Shown: positions 52,833 through 62,107 of the stretch, one piece after another
Numbering within the stretch: the stretch's first letter is position 1
Layout: the number at the start of each line of letters is the position of its first letter
Virus record (IMG/VR): IMGVR_UViG_3300035088_000013
Span: 22,303 to 86,302 of that record
Strand: one strand, 5' to 3'
From: a virus
DNA: 64,000 bases
The notes under the pieces: model-generated
Database searches by the model: none
What the model was told of the DNA's origin: nothing
The model's input: the letters and a program-made list of their open reading frames with translations, nothing else
Position numbers and translations under genes: made by a program

Positions 52833-52953
52833 CCCGTCACCCCCGATCCCGTGCCGCGCCCCGTGCAGGTCAACAGGTTGCCGGTGTGTGGGCAGCGTCG
52901 ACCAGTAGCAGGAGGCGTTCTTGCCCCGATGGTAGGCGCGGGTGGGCCGGGTT

Positions 52954-53274
52954 TCAGGCGGCCCGGGAAATCCGGCGGGACGGGCCGCAGGTGCGGGCTC
53001 GGGTGAGCCGGTCGGCGCGGACACAGGCACCCCATTCGTACAGGTTCTCCGGGCCGTGGCGGCCCGGGATCCGGGCCGGGGTGTGCGGGTCCACCCCCGC
53101 CGGTACGGGGCGGCCGTAGAGCGCTGCGAGCTGGGCGACGGTGACCGCGGCGAGTAGGGGTTCCCGGTGTGGGGTGGGTTGGCACCAGCCGCGCAGCCGG
53201 GCGGCGCGGACATCCCCCCACCGGTCGGCGACGTCCGCCGCGGTGACCAGCTCGACCCCGGCGATGGTGAGCAT
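52954..53274 (-). CDS. Possible HTH DNA-binding protein
   Basis: VTAADVA...V....LR.W...LY; TGATG overlap. Confidence 0.55.
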   Translation of the reverse strand: MLTIAGVELVTAADVADRWGDVRAARLRGWCQPTPHREPLLAAVTVAQLAALYGRPVPAGVDPHTPARIPGRHGPENLYEWGACVRADRLTRARTCGPSRRISRAA

Positions 53275-53600
53275 CAGCTTCGGATGACCTTCTCGAGGTC
53301 GGCGAGCCACCGTGCCCGTAATTCGTCGCTCATGTTGTCCCAGCCACCCCAGTCCTCGCGTTCCCGGTCGAGGAGGCGGATGTCTTGTATCCACCGGTAC
53401 TGCCGGTAGCTCCAGGCGAGCAGCCACCCGAACACGGCGATCAGCAGCACCCCCACCACGGTGGCCGCGCCGGTGTGGTCGTGGATGGTCGCGAGGACTA
53501 CGCCGATGACGAGCAGGACGAGGGCTGCGGCCTGCATGATCAATGCCGCACCGGCCCGGCGGGTACGCGGTTCGGGCGGGTCCGGCGGGATGGGTGTCAT
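53274..53600 (-). CDS. Two-helix membrane protein (paralog of 53622-53948)
   Basis: Hydrophobic helices; VF.WLL...NM......WL.DL; TAGGGT box upstream. Confidence 0.7.
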   Translation of the reverse strand: MTPIPPDPPEPRTRRAGAALIMQAAALVLLVIGVVLATIHDHTGAATVVGVLLIAVFGWLLAWSYRQYRWIQDIRLLDREREDWGGWDNMSDELRARWLADLEKVIRS

Positions 53601-53621
53601 ACCTGGCGACCCTACCGGGGG

Positions 53622-53948
53622 TTACGACAGGGCGTCCTTCAGGTCGTCGAGCCACTTGGCTTGCTGGGTGGTGGTCATGTTCTGCGCGCCTCCGGCGTCG
53701 ATGCGCTGCTGGTCGGCCGCTTGTAGCTTCCGCACGTAGCCGAGCTCTTTGTGTTGCCGCCACAGCAGCCACGCGAACACGACGAACAAGGTGCCGCCGA
53801 TCCCGGCGGCGGCGGGTTGGTCACCGCGGCGGGCGGCGGCGACGACGAGTGCGGCGAGGGTGAGGAACGCCGCCACCTGCGTCACCGTGAGCACCGCGAG
53901 TCGTAACCTACCGGTGCTCGGGTGGGCGGGTGGCGGCGTACCGGTCAT
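53622..53948 (-). CDS. Two-helix membrane protein (paralog of 53274-53600)
   Basis: Same architecture and motifs; TAGGGT box upstream. Confidence 0.7.
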   Translation of the reverse strand: MTGTPPPAHPSTGRLRLAVLTVTQVAAFLTLAALVVAAARRGDQPAAAGIGGTLFVVFAWLLWRQHKELGYVRKLQAADQQRIDAGGAQNMTTTQQAKWLDDLKDALS

Positions 53949-53989
53949 GGTCGCACCCTACCGGCCGGGGGCGGGCCGGTACGTGCAGC

Positions 53990-54277
53990 TCAGGTGTGTT
54001 CGACGAGTCGCCCCCCGCAGCAGGTGATGGCTTCGCGGACCTTCTTGGTGAGCGGCACCGTCAACGGCACGACGCGTTCCTCGGTTGCCAGAGCGTCACC
54101 GAGGCGGGTGACGCTCAACGTGTAGTCCCACCGGTCGGCTCCGGGTTTCCACGCCCAGCAGGTCACGGAGAGCTGGCCGCGGGTTTCGTCGACGATGATC
54201 AACGGCCGGTCCGGGACCAGCTCGTCGATACCGTTCGCGGCCAGCCATCCGTAGGCGATGCGGTAGGGGTGGGTCAT
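53990..54277 (-). CDS. Hypothetical protein (MTHPYRIAYGWLAANG...)
   Basis: ATG 54277, GC-rich third positions. Confidence 0.65.
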   Translation of the reverse strand: MTHPYRIAYGWLAANGIDELVPDRPLIIVDETRGQLSVTCWAWKPGADRWDYTLSVTRLGDALATEERVVPLTVPLTKKVREAITCCGGRLVEHT

Positions 54278-54332
54278 CGCCGCGATTTTGCGTCGTCCGC
54301 CCTTGCCCACGAACCCTGCCACCCCCGTGGTG

Positions 54333-55241
54333 TCAGGCGCGGCGGCCGTAGCCGGTGTGCCGGGACGCCAACGGCGGCCGGTGCCGGTGGGTGGCTTCGG
54401 TCCACAGCTGCTGGTAGGTGACGCCCAGACGGTTCGCCAGGTCGTGCCATTGGCCTTTCCCGGCCGCCCACCGGTGTTGTTTCCCTTGGTAGCGGACGGC
54501 GGAACCGCAGGGGCAGCCGGGTCCGGCGCACGTACACAGCCGGTTCCGGCAGCGGATCGACCATTCGTCACGGTTCGGGCTGGAACAGTCGGCGACCAGG
54601 TCGCGGGCGTCGCACGCGGGGCAGACGGCCTTCAGCACCAGCAGCGTTTCGAGGGCTCCGGCGGCGCGGCGGGCGTCCCGGTTGACTTTCTCGAGGACCG
54701 GCAGCAGGCAGTCCAAATATTGGATGCCGGTCTCGAGGTGGGTGCCGATGACGTGCAAGGCGGCGGCGACCTGCATGTCGTCGGAGTCGCACCAGCAGCC
54801 CGATGCGGCCGTGCATGCGGGGCACGGGGTGTGCGGGGCCCGGGTGCGGGGGTTGATCACCCGCCGTTCGATGGGGGTGCCGTGCACGGCGTGGTGCAGG
54901 TCGGCCGCCGCCCGCCATAGTTGTTCGGCGACGATGACCCGGCCGTGGATCGGCGACACCCGGGCGGCGTCCGGATGCGGGCCCACGGATGAGGGTGGGG
55001 GGACGGCGATCAGTCGGGTGGCACCGGACGGGACACCGGGCCGGGCGTGGGTGGGGGGCAGGTAGCGGGCTTCCCGGTCGCGGCGGGCTTCGCGTTCCTC
55101 GATCTGGGCCTGCAAGGGGGTGATGTGCCGCTCCGACGGGGGGTCGGTGGGGCCGGGCTGGACCTGTTCGGTGAGCCAGTCCCACGCGGCGCGGACCTCG
55201 GCGAGGGTGTGCGCGCACGCTTGCGCGAGCGCGAGACTCAT
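54333..55241 (-). CDS. Cys-rich Zn-binding protein, possible regulator
   Basis: ATGA overlap; CPAC...CWC and CPAC...C...C.C....C.C. Confidence 0.7.
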   Translation of the reverse strand: MSLALAQACAHTLAEVRAAWDWLTEQVQPGPTDPPSERHITPLQAQIEEREARRDREARYLPPTHARPGVPSGATRLIAVPPPSSVGPHPDAARVSPIHGRVIVAEQLWRAAADLHHAVHGTPIERRVINPRTRAPHTPCPACTAASGCWCDSDDMQVAAALHVIGTHLETGIQYLDCLLPVLEKVNRDARRAAGALETLLVLKAVCPACDARDLVADCSSPNRDEWSIRCRNRLCTCAGPGCPCGSAVRYQGKQHRWAAGKGQWHDLANRLGVTYQQLWTEATHRHRPPLASRHTGYGRRA

Positions 55242-55648
55242 CGCCCGTCCCGCCACGCGTTGCGGGGGTCGCTGGCCAGCCGCCAGCCCCGCACACCGAG
55301 GGTGGCGAGGATGTCGGCGGCCATCTGCAGGTCCTCGTCGCACACCCGGGGGCTGGCTCCGGGCATGACCCGGCAGACCAGGCCGTGCAACGTCGCGGCG
55401 AGGGCGGCGGCGTCGCGGGGGACGGCGGTCTGCGACTGCGCGCCGCGGATGGTGCGCGGGGTGACCGCGTCCGAGGGTTGGGGTTCGAGGCCCAGGACGT
55501 GGCAGTACATTTCGATCGCCGCGGCGTTGGGGTCGGCGGCGTCGTATTGGACGGCGGGGAACTCGCGGGCTATCTGCGCGATGCGGACGCGGACCCCGTA
55601 GGGGACGTCGTCCATTTCCGGTATCTGCTCGGCGACCACCACACACAC
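55238..55648 (-). CDS. Hypothetical protein
   Basis: AAAGGGG SD; coupled downstream. Confidence 0.65.
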   Translation of the reverse strand: MCVVVAEQIPEMDDVPYGVRVRIAQIAREFPAVQYDAADPNAAAIEMYCHVLGLEPQPSDAVTPRTIRGAQSQTAVPRDAAALAATLHGLVCRVMPGASPRVCDEDLQMAADILATLGVRGWRLASDPRNAWRDGR

Positions 55649-55933
55649 CCCTTTTGCGCGCCCGTTTCGCCCGACAGTAGGTGCGGTGGTGTGCGCGGGG
55701 GGCGGGGTTTCACCAAAAGGGGGAGGGCCACCGGGCTCACCTGGCCCCGGGGACTCCCGGATCGGCCGGTGCGTGGGTGAGCGGGGTGACCCTCCCCCGG
55801 AACCGTCAAGGGTGAAGGCTCGGGTTGCGCGTCGGGGGACGGGTCAGCCGGGCCTTTGCCGCGAGACGTCCGGGCCCTTGCCCTTGCGGGCCGGTACCTC
55901 GGGTGTGCGTGTTGATCGTAGACTGCGCGCGGG

Positions 55934-56578
55934 TCAGCGGGGGAACAGTTTGCGCGCCGCGGCCAGCGACCGCGCCAGATCTTGCCGGGATGCTTGCGGG
56001 TCGTCGTCCTGGTCGCAGGCGTCCTCCAGCAGATGCAGCCCGGATTCGAGGGCGGCCCGGGCCTGCTCGCCGGTGGCCTGCTGCCCTTTGGCGAACCACA
56101 ACACCTGCGACGGGTCACCCAAGCAGATCAGCGGCCCGGTCGGGGTGTCGGTCAGATGCCAGCGGGTGGTGACCCACACCGCGGTCACCCCGGGGTTACG
56201 GGCGATCATCTGCCCGGCCGGGGTGGCGAAGCCGTTCTCCCCGGGGGTGATGCCTCTTTCCCGGCGGCGCATGTTCGGGGTCGACAGGAACGGGCACGCG
56301 CGGGCGGAGTAGATCGCGCATTCGAGGTGACTACCGGGTTCGGCGGTGATCCGGTTGACCACACACATCGGACCGATCACGAACGCAACATACCGGCCGA
56401 GGGTGCCGCCACACACCCAGCACCGTTTGAACCGGACCGCTTGGACGAACTTTTCGCCGTCGCCGACCCGCGGGTCCGGGACACCGTTGATGACGGCGAC
56501 GAACCACGGCACCGGCCGCCCAGCCTGGTCTTTGGCCAAATGCAGCATGTTACGCGGGACCGGCACCACCTCGGTCAA
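55934..56578 (-). CDS. Cys/His Zn-binding phage protein
   Basis: PVPWF...CWVCG...EP..H.EC..Y....CPFL. Confidence 0.8.
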   Translation of the reverse strand: MTEVVPVPRNMLHLAKDQAGRPVPWFVAVINGVPDPRVGDGEKFVQAVRFKRCWVCGGTLGRYVAFVIGPMCVVNRITAEPGSHLECAIYSARACPFLSTPNMRRRERGITPGENGFATPAGQMIARNPGVTAVWVTTRWHLTDTPTGPLICLGDPSQVLWFAKGQQATGEQARAALESGLHLLEDACDQDDDPQASRQDLARSLAAARKLFPR

Positions 56579-56790
56579 TTCACGCTCCGGGTCATCTCGT
56601 CGAGCAAGTCAGGGTCCGGGGACTTGAGCAGGGTCAGGGTTGCGCCGGTGAACGCACCCAAGGCGAGGAACACGATCGCCCACGCCTGTTCACCGTGGTC
56701 CATGGCGTGCGCGAACCCGCCGCCTTGGGCCGCCGTGGTGACCGCGACCGGCCACGCCAGCCGCGCGTCGTCAGCAGCCACCGGTTTCAT
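56575..56790 (-). CDS. Small membrane protein
   Basis: Hydrophobic; coupled. Confidence 0.55.
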   Translation of the reverse strand: MKPVAADDARLAWPVAVTTAAQGGGFAHAMDHGEQAWAIVFLALGAFTGATLTLLKSPDPDLLDEMTRSVN

Positions 56791-57466
56791 CGTGTACCTG
56801 CCCGTGGAGGGTGAGCATTTCCTGCATCATGGCCGCCTGGTCGTAGAGGATCTTCAGGTTCGCGGTCATGGTGTTACAGGCCGCGTGGACCGCTTTGTCG
56901 CTGGCCTTGTCACCTTTCGCGATCTCCGAGCAGGCGGCGAACCCCCACGTGGCGACGTCCCCGCACGCCGCGGCGAGGGTGAGCGGGACGAGGAACGCCT
57001 CCGACAGCGCATTCATCGCGCGGGCGGCGTCCGCGTTACGCATCGCGAGGAACGCCAGCGCCGCCAGGACCTCCGGCACACTGCCGTCGTGGGCGTCGGT
57101 CCAGCCGCTGTTGAAATCCTTGAGCGCGGTGGTGTGGGTCGCGTAGACGGCCCACATGCCGGTCAAAGCGTGCAAGGCACCGGCCAGATGCGCCCGCTCG
57201 TCGACCGGGTCGGGGCCTTCCCGCTCGAAGTCGACCCCGAGGATCCGGAAGATCTGTTCCGCCTGTTCGACGGTGGGCAGCGGATGCGCGGGGGTGACGA
57301 ACCCGGACGCCTGGTGACCGTCGCCGGGATCGTGCGCCGACCCGCGGTCGTGGTGCGCGGGTGTGTCGTCGTTGCCGGTCATGGCCGCTTCCTCCTTGGT
57401 GACCAGCACATACTGGTCGACGAACATCCCACCGAGGTTTACCCGTTCCGTCCGGTCGTCGCGCAT
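56771..57466 (-). CDS. Hypothetical helical protein
   Basis: GC-rich third positions; start uncertain. Confidence 0.6.
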   Translation of the reverse strand: MRDDRTERVNLGGMFVDQYVLVTKEEAAMTGNDDTPAHHDRGSAHDPGDGHQASGFVTPAHPLPTVEQAEQIFRILGVDFEREGPDPVDERAHLAGALHALTGMWAVYATHTTALKDFNSGWTDAHDGSVPEVLAALAFLAMRNADAARAMNALSEAFLVPLTLAAACGDVATWGFAACSEIAKGDKASDKAVHAACNTMTANLKILYDQAAMMQEMLTLHGQVHDETGGC

Positions 57467-57470
57467 CCGC

Positions 57471-57725
57471 TCATTTTCGCCGCCACGACAGCACCGTGGT
57501 GCCGTCCCGGTGTAAACGTTGCGCCCGACCGGCGTCGGCGAGCTCGTGCAACAGCGGCAGCACCACACCGGGGGTCACCCCCAGCTCGTCGGCGATCTCC
57601 GCGGTGGTCCACGCGATCCCTCCCAACGGTGGGGCCGCCTTCCACACCCGTTCCGCGGTCAACGGCCCTGCTGGCTTACGCGCCCGGGTTCTACGTTGTC
57701 CCGGTTTCTGCGGCGTGTTCGCCAC
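57471..57725 (-). CDS. Winged-HTH protein
   Basis: TTAEIADELGVT...V...L.EL...G. Confidence 0.6.
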   Translation of the reverse strand: MANTPQKPGQRRTRARKPAGPLTAERVWKAAPPLGGIAWTTAEIADELGVTPGVVLPLLHELADAGRAQRLHRDGTTVLSWRRK

Positions 57726-58038
57726 CCTCATCCTCCCCAAGGTCATCGCTTGCATCGTCGGTGAACTCCCGGCGGCATGCCGCATGCGCGAGCCCGCGGG
57801 CGGCGAAACCCGCCACACCCAGCAGCGCACCGACCGCCCACCACGCCCACGCCGCCCACCCCAGCCCTACGGTGAGCGCTGCGAGGACCGACGCCCCGAC
57901 CGACGCCCACGCGAGCCAGGACATCACCCGCGACACCCACCACCACATGTCCGGGCCGCCGAACACGGCCGCCGACAGCACCCCCGCCCGAACCCGGTCG
58001 CCGCGCGTACCGGTTCTGTCGCCGTCTGTCGTGTTCAC
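57691..58038 (-). CDS. Membrane protein
   Basis: Two Trp-rich hydrophobic helices. Confidence 0.55.
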   Translation of the reverse strand: MNTTDGDRTGTRGDRVRAGVLSAAVFGGPDMWWWVSRVMSWLAWASVGASVLAALTVGLGWAAWAWWAVGALLGVAGFAARGLAHAACRREFTDDASDDLGEDEGGEHAAETGTT

Positions 58039-58276
58039 ACGGGGGAAGCTAGACGCGAACCCCTGTCAGGTCAACAACCCCCCGCCTGGAGACCCGCCGA
58101 CATCCCCCGATTACCCCCGACGAGCAACCCGGCCGGGGATAGGCTCCCCCCCAAGGCACCCCGTCACGACACCGGCCGGACCGCACCCGGCCACCACGGG
58201 GCCACCCTGAAAGCACCACCCGGCCACCCCGACCACGTGGCCATCCCGCCATGCCCAGCGATAGGGGTCGAGACCG

Positions 58277-58525
58277 TTGGCGTCGCACATCTTCGTCGAA
58301 GCCAGAGCCGACGCCGACATGGCCGCCACCATCCTCGAATGGCTACGCACCAACCGCGGCCACGAGTACACCGCCCGATCAATCTGGGGGCACCTACCCG
58401 TCCGGTACCCGCTCGGCGCGGTCTCCGCCTGCCTGGACACCCTCTACCGCAACAAGCACCTCACCCGCCGCAAAACCAGCCGGGGCCGCTTCTACACCAT
58501 GCCCGCCACCAAGAGGACCCGATGA
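58277..58525 (+). CDS. Winged-HTH-like protein
   Basis: ILEWL...YTARSI...VSACL..LY...L.R...FY; start may be ATG 58319. Confidence 0.6.
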   Translation: MASHIFVEARADADMAATILEWLRTNRGHEYTARSIWGHLPVRYPLGAVSACLDTLYRNKHLTRRKTSRGRFYTMPATKRTR

Positions 58526-58770
58526 ACCGGCGCTGCGGCTACGCGGCCGCACACCCGCCGCACCGGCCACCCGACACCGGCGACGGCTGCCCCGGGATCA
58601 TGCCGATCTGGCCCTGCGACCGGACCCACACCGAAGGCACCCACTACGCGCACTCCGTGGGCGTCTACTTCTACTGCCCCGGCTCCGTGAACCCGCCGGA
58701 CGCCACGATCGGCCCGCAATACCCGGACAGCATGATCCCCCCCGAACCCGCCGCCGTGAAGGGCGTCTGA
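58522..58770 (+). CDS. Cys/His-rich small protein
   Basis: ATGA overlap, GAGGA SD; two C...H..H...CPG units. Confidence 0.6.
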   Translation: MNRRCGYAAAHPPHRPPDTGDGCPGIMPIWPCDRTHTEGTHYAHSVGVYFYCPGSVNPPDATIGPQYPDSMIPPEPAAVKGV

Positions 58771-58775
58771 GCGCC

Positions 58776-59024
58776 GTGTACGGGGCCAGCCGGTACGGCG
58801 ACCGCCGCCGCCACACCATCCGCCGCCAACGCACCCTCCACCCCTTCGACGCCATGGCCCGCTGCGGGGCCACCCTCACCCGCGCCGTCACCGCCGGATG
58901 GGGGGTCGGCTGCCAAACCTGCGCACGCGACCCCCACCAACCCACCGAACCCGGCACCCTCCGCCCCATCAACCAGGTCCCCGACCTACCGCTGAAGGTC
59001 CGACCCGTGCAGGCGGTCTCATGA
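58776..59024 (+). CDS. Small Cys/His protein
   Basis: GAAGGG SD; H...ARCG...CQTC. Confidence 0.5.
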   Translation: MYGASRYGDRRRHTIRRQRTLHPFDAMARCGATLTRAVTAGWGVGCQTCARDPHQPTEPGTLRPINQVPDLPLKVRPVQAVS

Positions 59025-59206
59025 CCATCCCGGACCGGCAGGCCGACCTCGCCGAGCTGATCACCCGCTACGGCCAGACGTGCGCCGACGTGATCACCCA
59101 GTGCTACAGCGGCGACATGAAGAGCATCCACGCCGCCGACGCCCGGTGCGCCGAGCTGGTCGAAGAGTTCACGCGGCGCGGCCTCGCCGTCCGGAGCCCC
59201 TTATGA
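59021..59206 (+). CDS. Small hypothetical protein
   Basis: ATGA overlap. Confidence 0.6.
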   Translation: MTIPDRQADLAELITRYGQTCADVITQCYSGDMKSIHAADARCAELVEEFTRRGLAVRSPL

Positions 59207-59232
59207 GCGGGCTACAAAGCCGTCTCATGAGG

Positions 59233-60405
59233 TCACGGTGTGAGCCCGAACACCCGGGCCATGGGGTTACGCAGCTCGAGGTCCACCTCGCGGATGTACC
59301 GGAAGATCACCGGGGACTTGTCACCCCAGCCGCCCTGCCGGGCGATGGACAGGATGTCTGCGCCCGCCTCGTATGCGCTGGTCGCGCCACCGGCGCGCAG
59401 GCTGTGCGGGCGCAGCATCGCGGCGTTCGCGATCCGCTCCCCGTCATTCAGCGCCCGCCCGGCGGCCCGGGCGATCACGATCTCCATGTCGGCCGGGTCC
59501 ATCCGCAGCGACTCCGACTTCCCCGCGTACACGCCGCCCTGCTCGCCGAGGACGTGATCCCACCGGTCGACGGCCCGGTAGAACGGGCCTTCCCCGATGC
59601 CGAGGCTCTGCCGCCGGTCCACCCACGCCTCCAAAGCGCGGACCGGGCACACGTCCGGGTGCTCGTCGAAGCGCGGTATGAACGCGACACGCCCCTTGCG
59701 CCGGTCGGTCTTGGTCCGCGGGACGTGGATGCGGTACCCGCCGCGCGACGCCTCCGTGATGTGCTTCAGGTCCAGCGCCGTCAGCTCGCTGCGCCGGGCC
59801 ATCATCGCGAAGCCGAGCGACATCAGCGACCGGTCCCGGATCCCGGCACTCGTCCCGGCCGGGCATGCGCGGAGCAGCTGCATCAGGGTGGGCAACTTGA
59901 TCGGGGGGACCTGTCGGTCGTCTTCCACGTGCTGGTCCGAACGCAGGTTCGCGTGCCCGGTGATGACCTTCAACGCGAGGTCGGTCGACGGCCACGCCGC
60001 CGCCGCGGCGCTGTGCAAAGCGTGCACCGCGGCGAGGGCCTGCCGGAGGCTCGCCGGACTCATCCCGTGCGGGCTGCCCGCGTGACGACCTTTGGTCGGG
60101 GGGATCGTCGCCAGCCACTTCATGAACCCTTGCAACGTGTGCGCGGCGGCGGGAACCTCACGCCGCCCCATCTGCCCGCAGTAGTACAGGTACATGTTGA
60201 TCCACCGCCGGTAGGCGCGTTTCGTGCTCTCCGACAACGCCGCGTTGTTGAAGTGCTCGACACCCGGGTCGGGCCGCTCATCAGGGTCCGCCGCGACGGC
60301 GTCGGCCGCCGTGACCCGCTCGTACGCCTTCGCGATCTTCCCGGTCAGCCGCAGACCCGGAACGACCTCACCCTCGTACACCGGCTCCAGTTCCCCGCCG
60401 GTCAC
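59233..60405 (-). CDS. Cre-like tyrosine recombinase/resolvase
   Basis: RRSEL, RTKTD, CPV.AL..W, HSLRAG, RQGGW, RYIR catalytic set; AGGAGG SD; GTGA overlap. Confidence 0.9.
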   Translation of the reverse strand: MTGGELEPVYEGEVVPGLRLTGKIAKAYERVTAADAVAADPDERPDPGVEHFNNAALSESTKRAYRRWINMYLYYCGQMGRREVPAAAHTLQGFMKWLATIPPTKGRHAGSPHGMSPASLRQALAAVHALHSAAAAAWPSTDLALKVITGHANLRSDQHVEDDRQVPPIKLPTLMQLLRACPAGTSAGIRDRSLMSLGFAMMARRSELTALDLKHITEASRGGYRIHVPRTKTDRRKGRVAFIPRFDEHPDVCPVRALEAWVDRRQSLGIGEGPFYRAVDRWDHVLGEQGGVYAGKSESLRMDPADMEIVIARAAGRALNDGERIANAAMLRPHSLRAGGATSAYEAGADILSIARQGGWGDKSPVIFRYIREVDLELRNPMARVFGLTP

Positions 60406-60605
60406 GGTGACGCCTCCTGCCCGTGCTCGAGCGTGGCGTGTACGGCCACAGCCTCCCGGATCGCGCCGTACGTCGGCCGGATCTGGTCCCGACCCCACCA
60501 CGGGTGCACCGCGCACGAAATGTTGACCCGGCCGGTGACCGGCGTGAACACCATCTCGATCGCGTCGAACCCGCCGTCATGGATCTCTTTGGGCTCGCCG
60601 GTCAC
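60402..60605 (-). CDS. Small hypothetical protein
   Basis: Coupled at both ends. Confidence 0.6.
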   Translation of the reverse strand: MTGEPKEIHDGGFDAIEMVFTPVTGRVNISCAVHPWWGRDQIRPTYGAIREAVAVHATLEHGQEASP

Positions 60606-60868
60606 GCCGGATCACCACCCAGAGCGGTCCAGCCGATCACACAAGCATCCTGTAGCGCGCCGATCTTCCCCCGCCCTCGCAGGGCCTCCGTCAAGACCGG
60701 GTCCAGCCTCTCCTCGACTTCCTCGAACGTGACCGGAAGGGAAGCGATCCGCATGTCGACACGGCCGATCCCCACGAACGCGCCATGCTCGCCCACCGAG
60801 TACGCCACCAAGTACCAGCGGCCGTCGTGGGTTTCCGGGGGCTCTCCGCTGGCGCTGGGGTCGGTCAT
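60602..60868 (-). CDS. Small hypothetical protein
   Basis: Coupled at both ends, GGAGG SD. Confidence 0.6.
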   Translation of the reverse strand: MTDPSASGEPPETHDGRWYLVAYSVGEHGAFVGIGRVDMRIASLPVTFEEVEERLDPVLTEALRGRGKIGALQDACVIGWTALGGDPA

Positions 60869-61107
60869 CGTCCCTCCATTTCCACCAGGAGCCTCCCGCC
60901 TGTACGCGGATCGTTGTCATCACGCTCCACCAGCAGCAACGTCAGGGCGTACGGTCCCGACCATTGCCGTTCGACGACCACTAGATCCGGGTGACCGTCC
61001 AGCACCACTACGTCACCCACCGCGTAGCCGTTGGGGCCCACCCACAGGCCCAGCTGCTCGCCGGTGCTTTTCAGGGCGAGCTGAGCGCTGGTGCTGGGGT
61101 CTGGCAT
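60865..61107 (-). CDS. Small hypothetical protein
   Basis: GGAG SD; first gene of the recombinase operon. Confidence 0.6.
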   Translation of the reverse strand: MPDPSTSAQLALKSTGEQLGLWVGPNGYAVGDVVVLDGHPDLVVVERQWSGPYALTLLLVERDDNDPRTGGRLLVEMEGR

Positions 61108-61129
61108 TTGATCTCCATCCCGAGAGCTG

Positions 61130-61157
61130 ACTTGCGATAATGCACATTATCAAAGGC
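61130..61157. other. dif/res-like 28-bp tyrosine recombinase site
   Basis: ACTTGCGATAA-TGCACA-TTATCAAAGGC; 11-6-11 layout with a GATAA/TTATC dyad; AT-rich island upstream of the recombinase operon. Confidence 0.7.
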
Positions 61158-61262
61158 TAGTTGTCCTGTATAGGCCCTGGTCAGCGCGGTCCACTGTCTA
61201 TGTCTCGGCCCGGTGATCACGCAGGGTCAAGAGCAGCCCCGATGGGGCGGGGGGTATCCGGA

Positions 61263-61457
61263 GTGGATCTTGAGGATGCGGTCGGGGTGCATGGGAGTGA
61301 GCATTGCGTGCATTGGCAGGACGGTGATGGTGACTGTTGTTGTTGTGGGGAGCCGAATTGGTGTCCGGATGATGGGGAGACGCCGGAGGCGTTGGGGGTG
61401 TTCAAGGCGCGGCGGTGGGCGTGCAGGCCGGGGTGGTCGTCGGGTGGCGGGTCGTAG
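61263..61457 (+). CDS. Small Cys-rich protein
   Basis: HCVHW...CCCCG...C; start uncertain. Confidence 0.5.
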   Translation: MDLEDAVGVHGSEHCVHWQDGDGDCCCCGEPNWCPDDGETPEALGVFKARRWACRPGWSSGGGS

Positions 61458-61468
61458 GGTGTGCGGCT

Positions 61469-61726
61469 ATGACGTTTGATGAGGCGACGGGTGCGCAGTG
61501 GACGCTGTTGGTGGTGTTGGGGACGGCGGCGGGGGCCTTCGGCGGGTGTGCGCTGGTGGCGCGGTTGACCGGTCAGCGGGGGCTGTTCCGGTGGTGTGTG
61601 CGGGTGCTGAAGGTGGTGGCCGTGTTGTGGCTGGGGATCGTGTTGTGGCTGGCGGCGGGGTCGGTGGGGGGCGGCTCGGACGGCGGCGGCGGGGGTGCCG
61701 TCGGTGGCGTAACGGCGGTGTCATGA
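61469..61726 (+). CDS. Membrane protein, probably leaderless
   Basis: TAGGGT box 8 nt before ATG; two hydrophobic helices. Confidence 0.6.
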   Translation: MTFDEATGAQWTLLVVLGTAAGAFGGCALVARLTGQRGLFRWCVRVLKVVAVLWLGIVLWLAAGSVGGGSDGGGGGAVGGVTAVS

Positions 61727-62031
61727 CGGGCCCGTTCCGGCGGCAGCCGGGTGATCCCTCGGTGCAGCGGCATGATCCGGTTTCGTGCCGGGCGTGCGGG
61801 TACCGGTTCGATTCGGTCAGCCAATCGGGTGACGTTTGCCGGGTGCCGTCTGACGGTGACTTCTCGGTGTGTTTCCGCTGCGGTGAGGTGTCGGTGTTCG
61901 TGGTGGGGCCGTTGGGGATCGGGGTGCGGGAGCCGACGCTGGCCGAGCTGGCGGAGTTCTCGGCCGACCGGGAGGCGACCAGGACGGTGCAGTCGATCCA
62001 CGAGTTCTGGGCGCGGCGCGGCGAGGGGTAG
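61723..62031 (+). CDS. Zn-ribbon protein
   Basis: ATGA overlap; CRACG...P..GD.SVC..CG. Confidence 0.7.
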   Translation: MTGPFRRQPGDPSVQRHDPVSCRACGYRFDSVSQSGDVCRVPSDGDFSVCFRCGEVSVFVVGPLGIGVREPTLAELAEFSADREATRTVQSIHEFWARRGEG

Positions 62032-62107
62032 TGGGGTGGGGTTCGCCGGTGCGCGGTTAGCTGCTGTGTCCGGGTGGGTGATGCGCAGGCCGGTACGGTG
62101 TGCGGCT

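Noticed and set aside
59201-59231. Imperfect inverted repeat at the recombinase 3' end as attP
   Set aside because: Lies between convergent stop codons and fits a bidirectional terminator better; 61130-61157 is the stronger site
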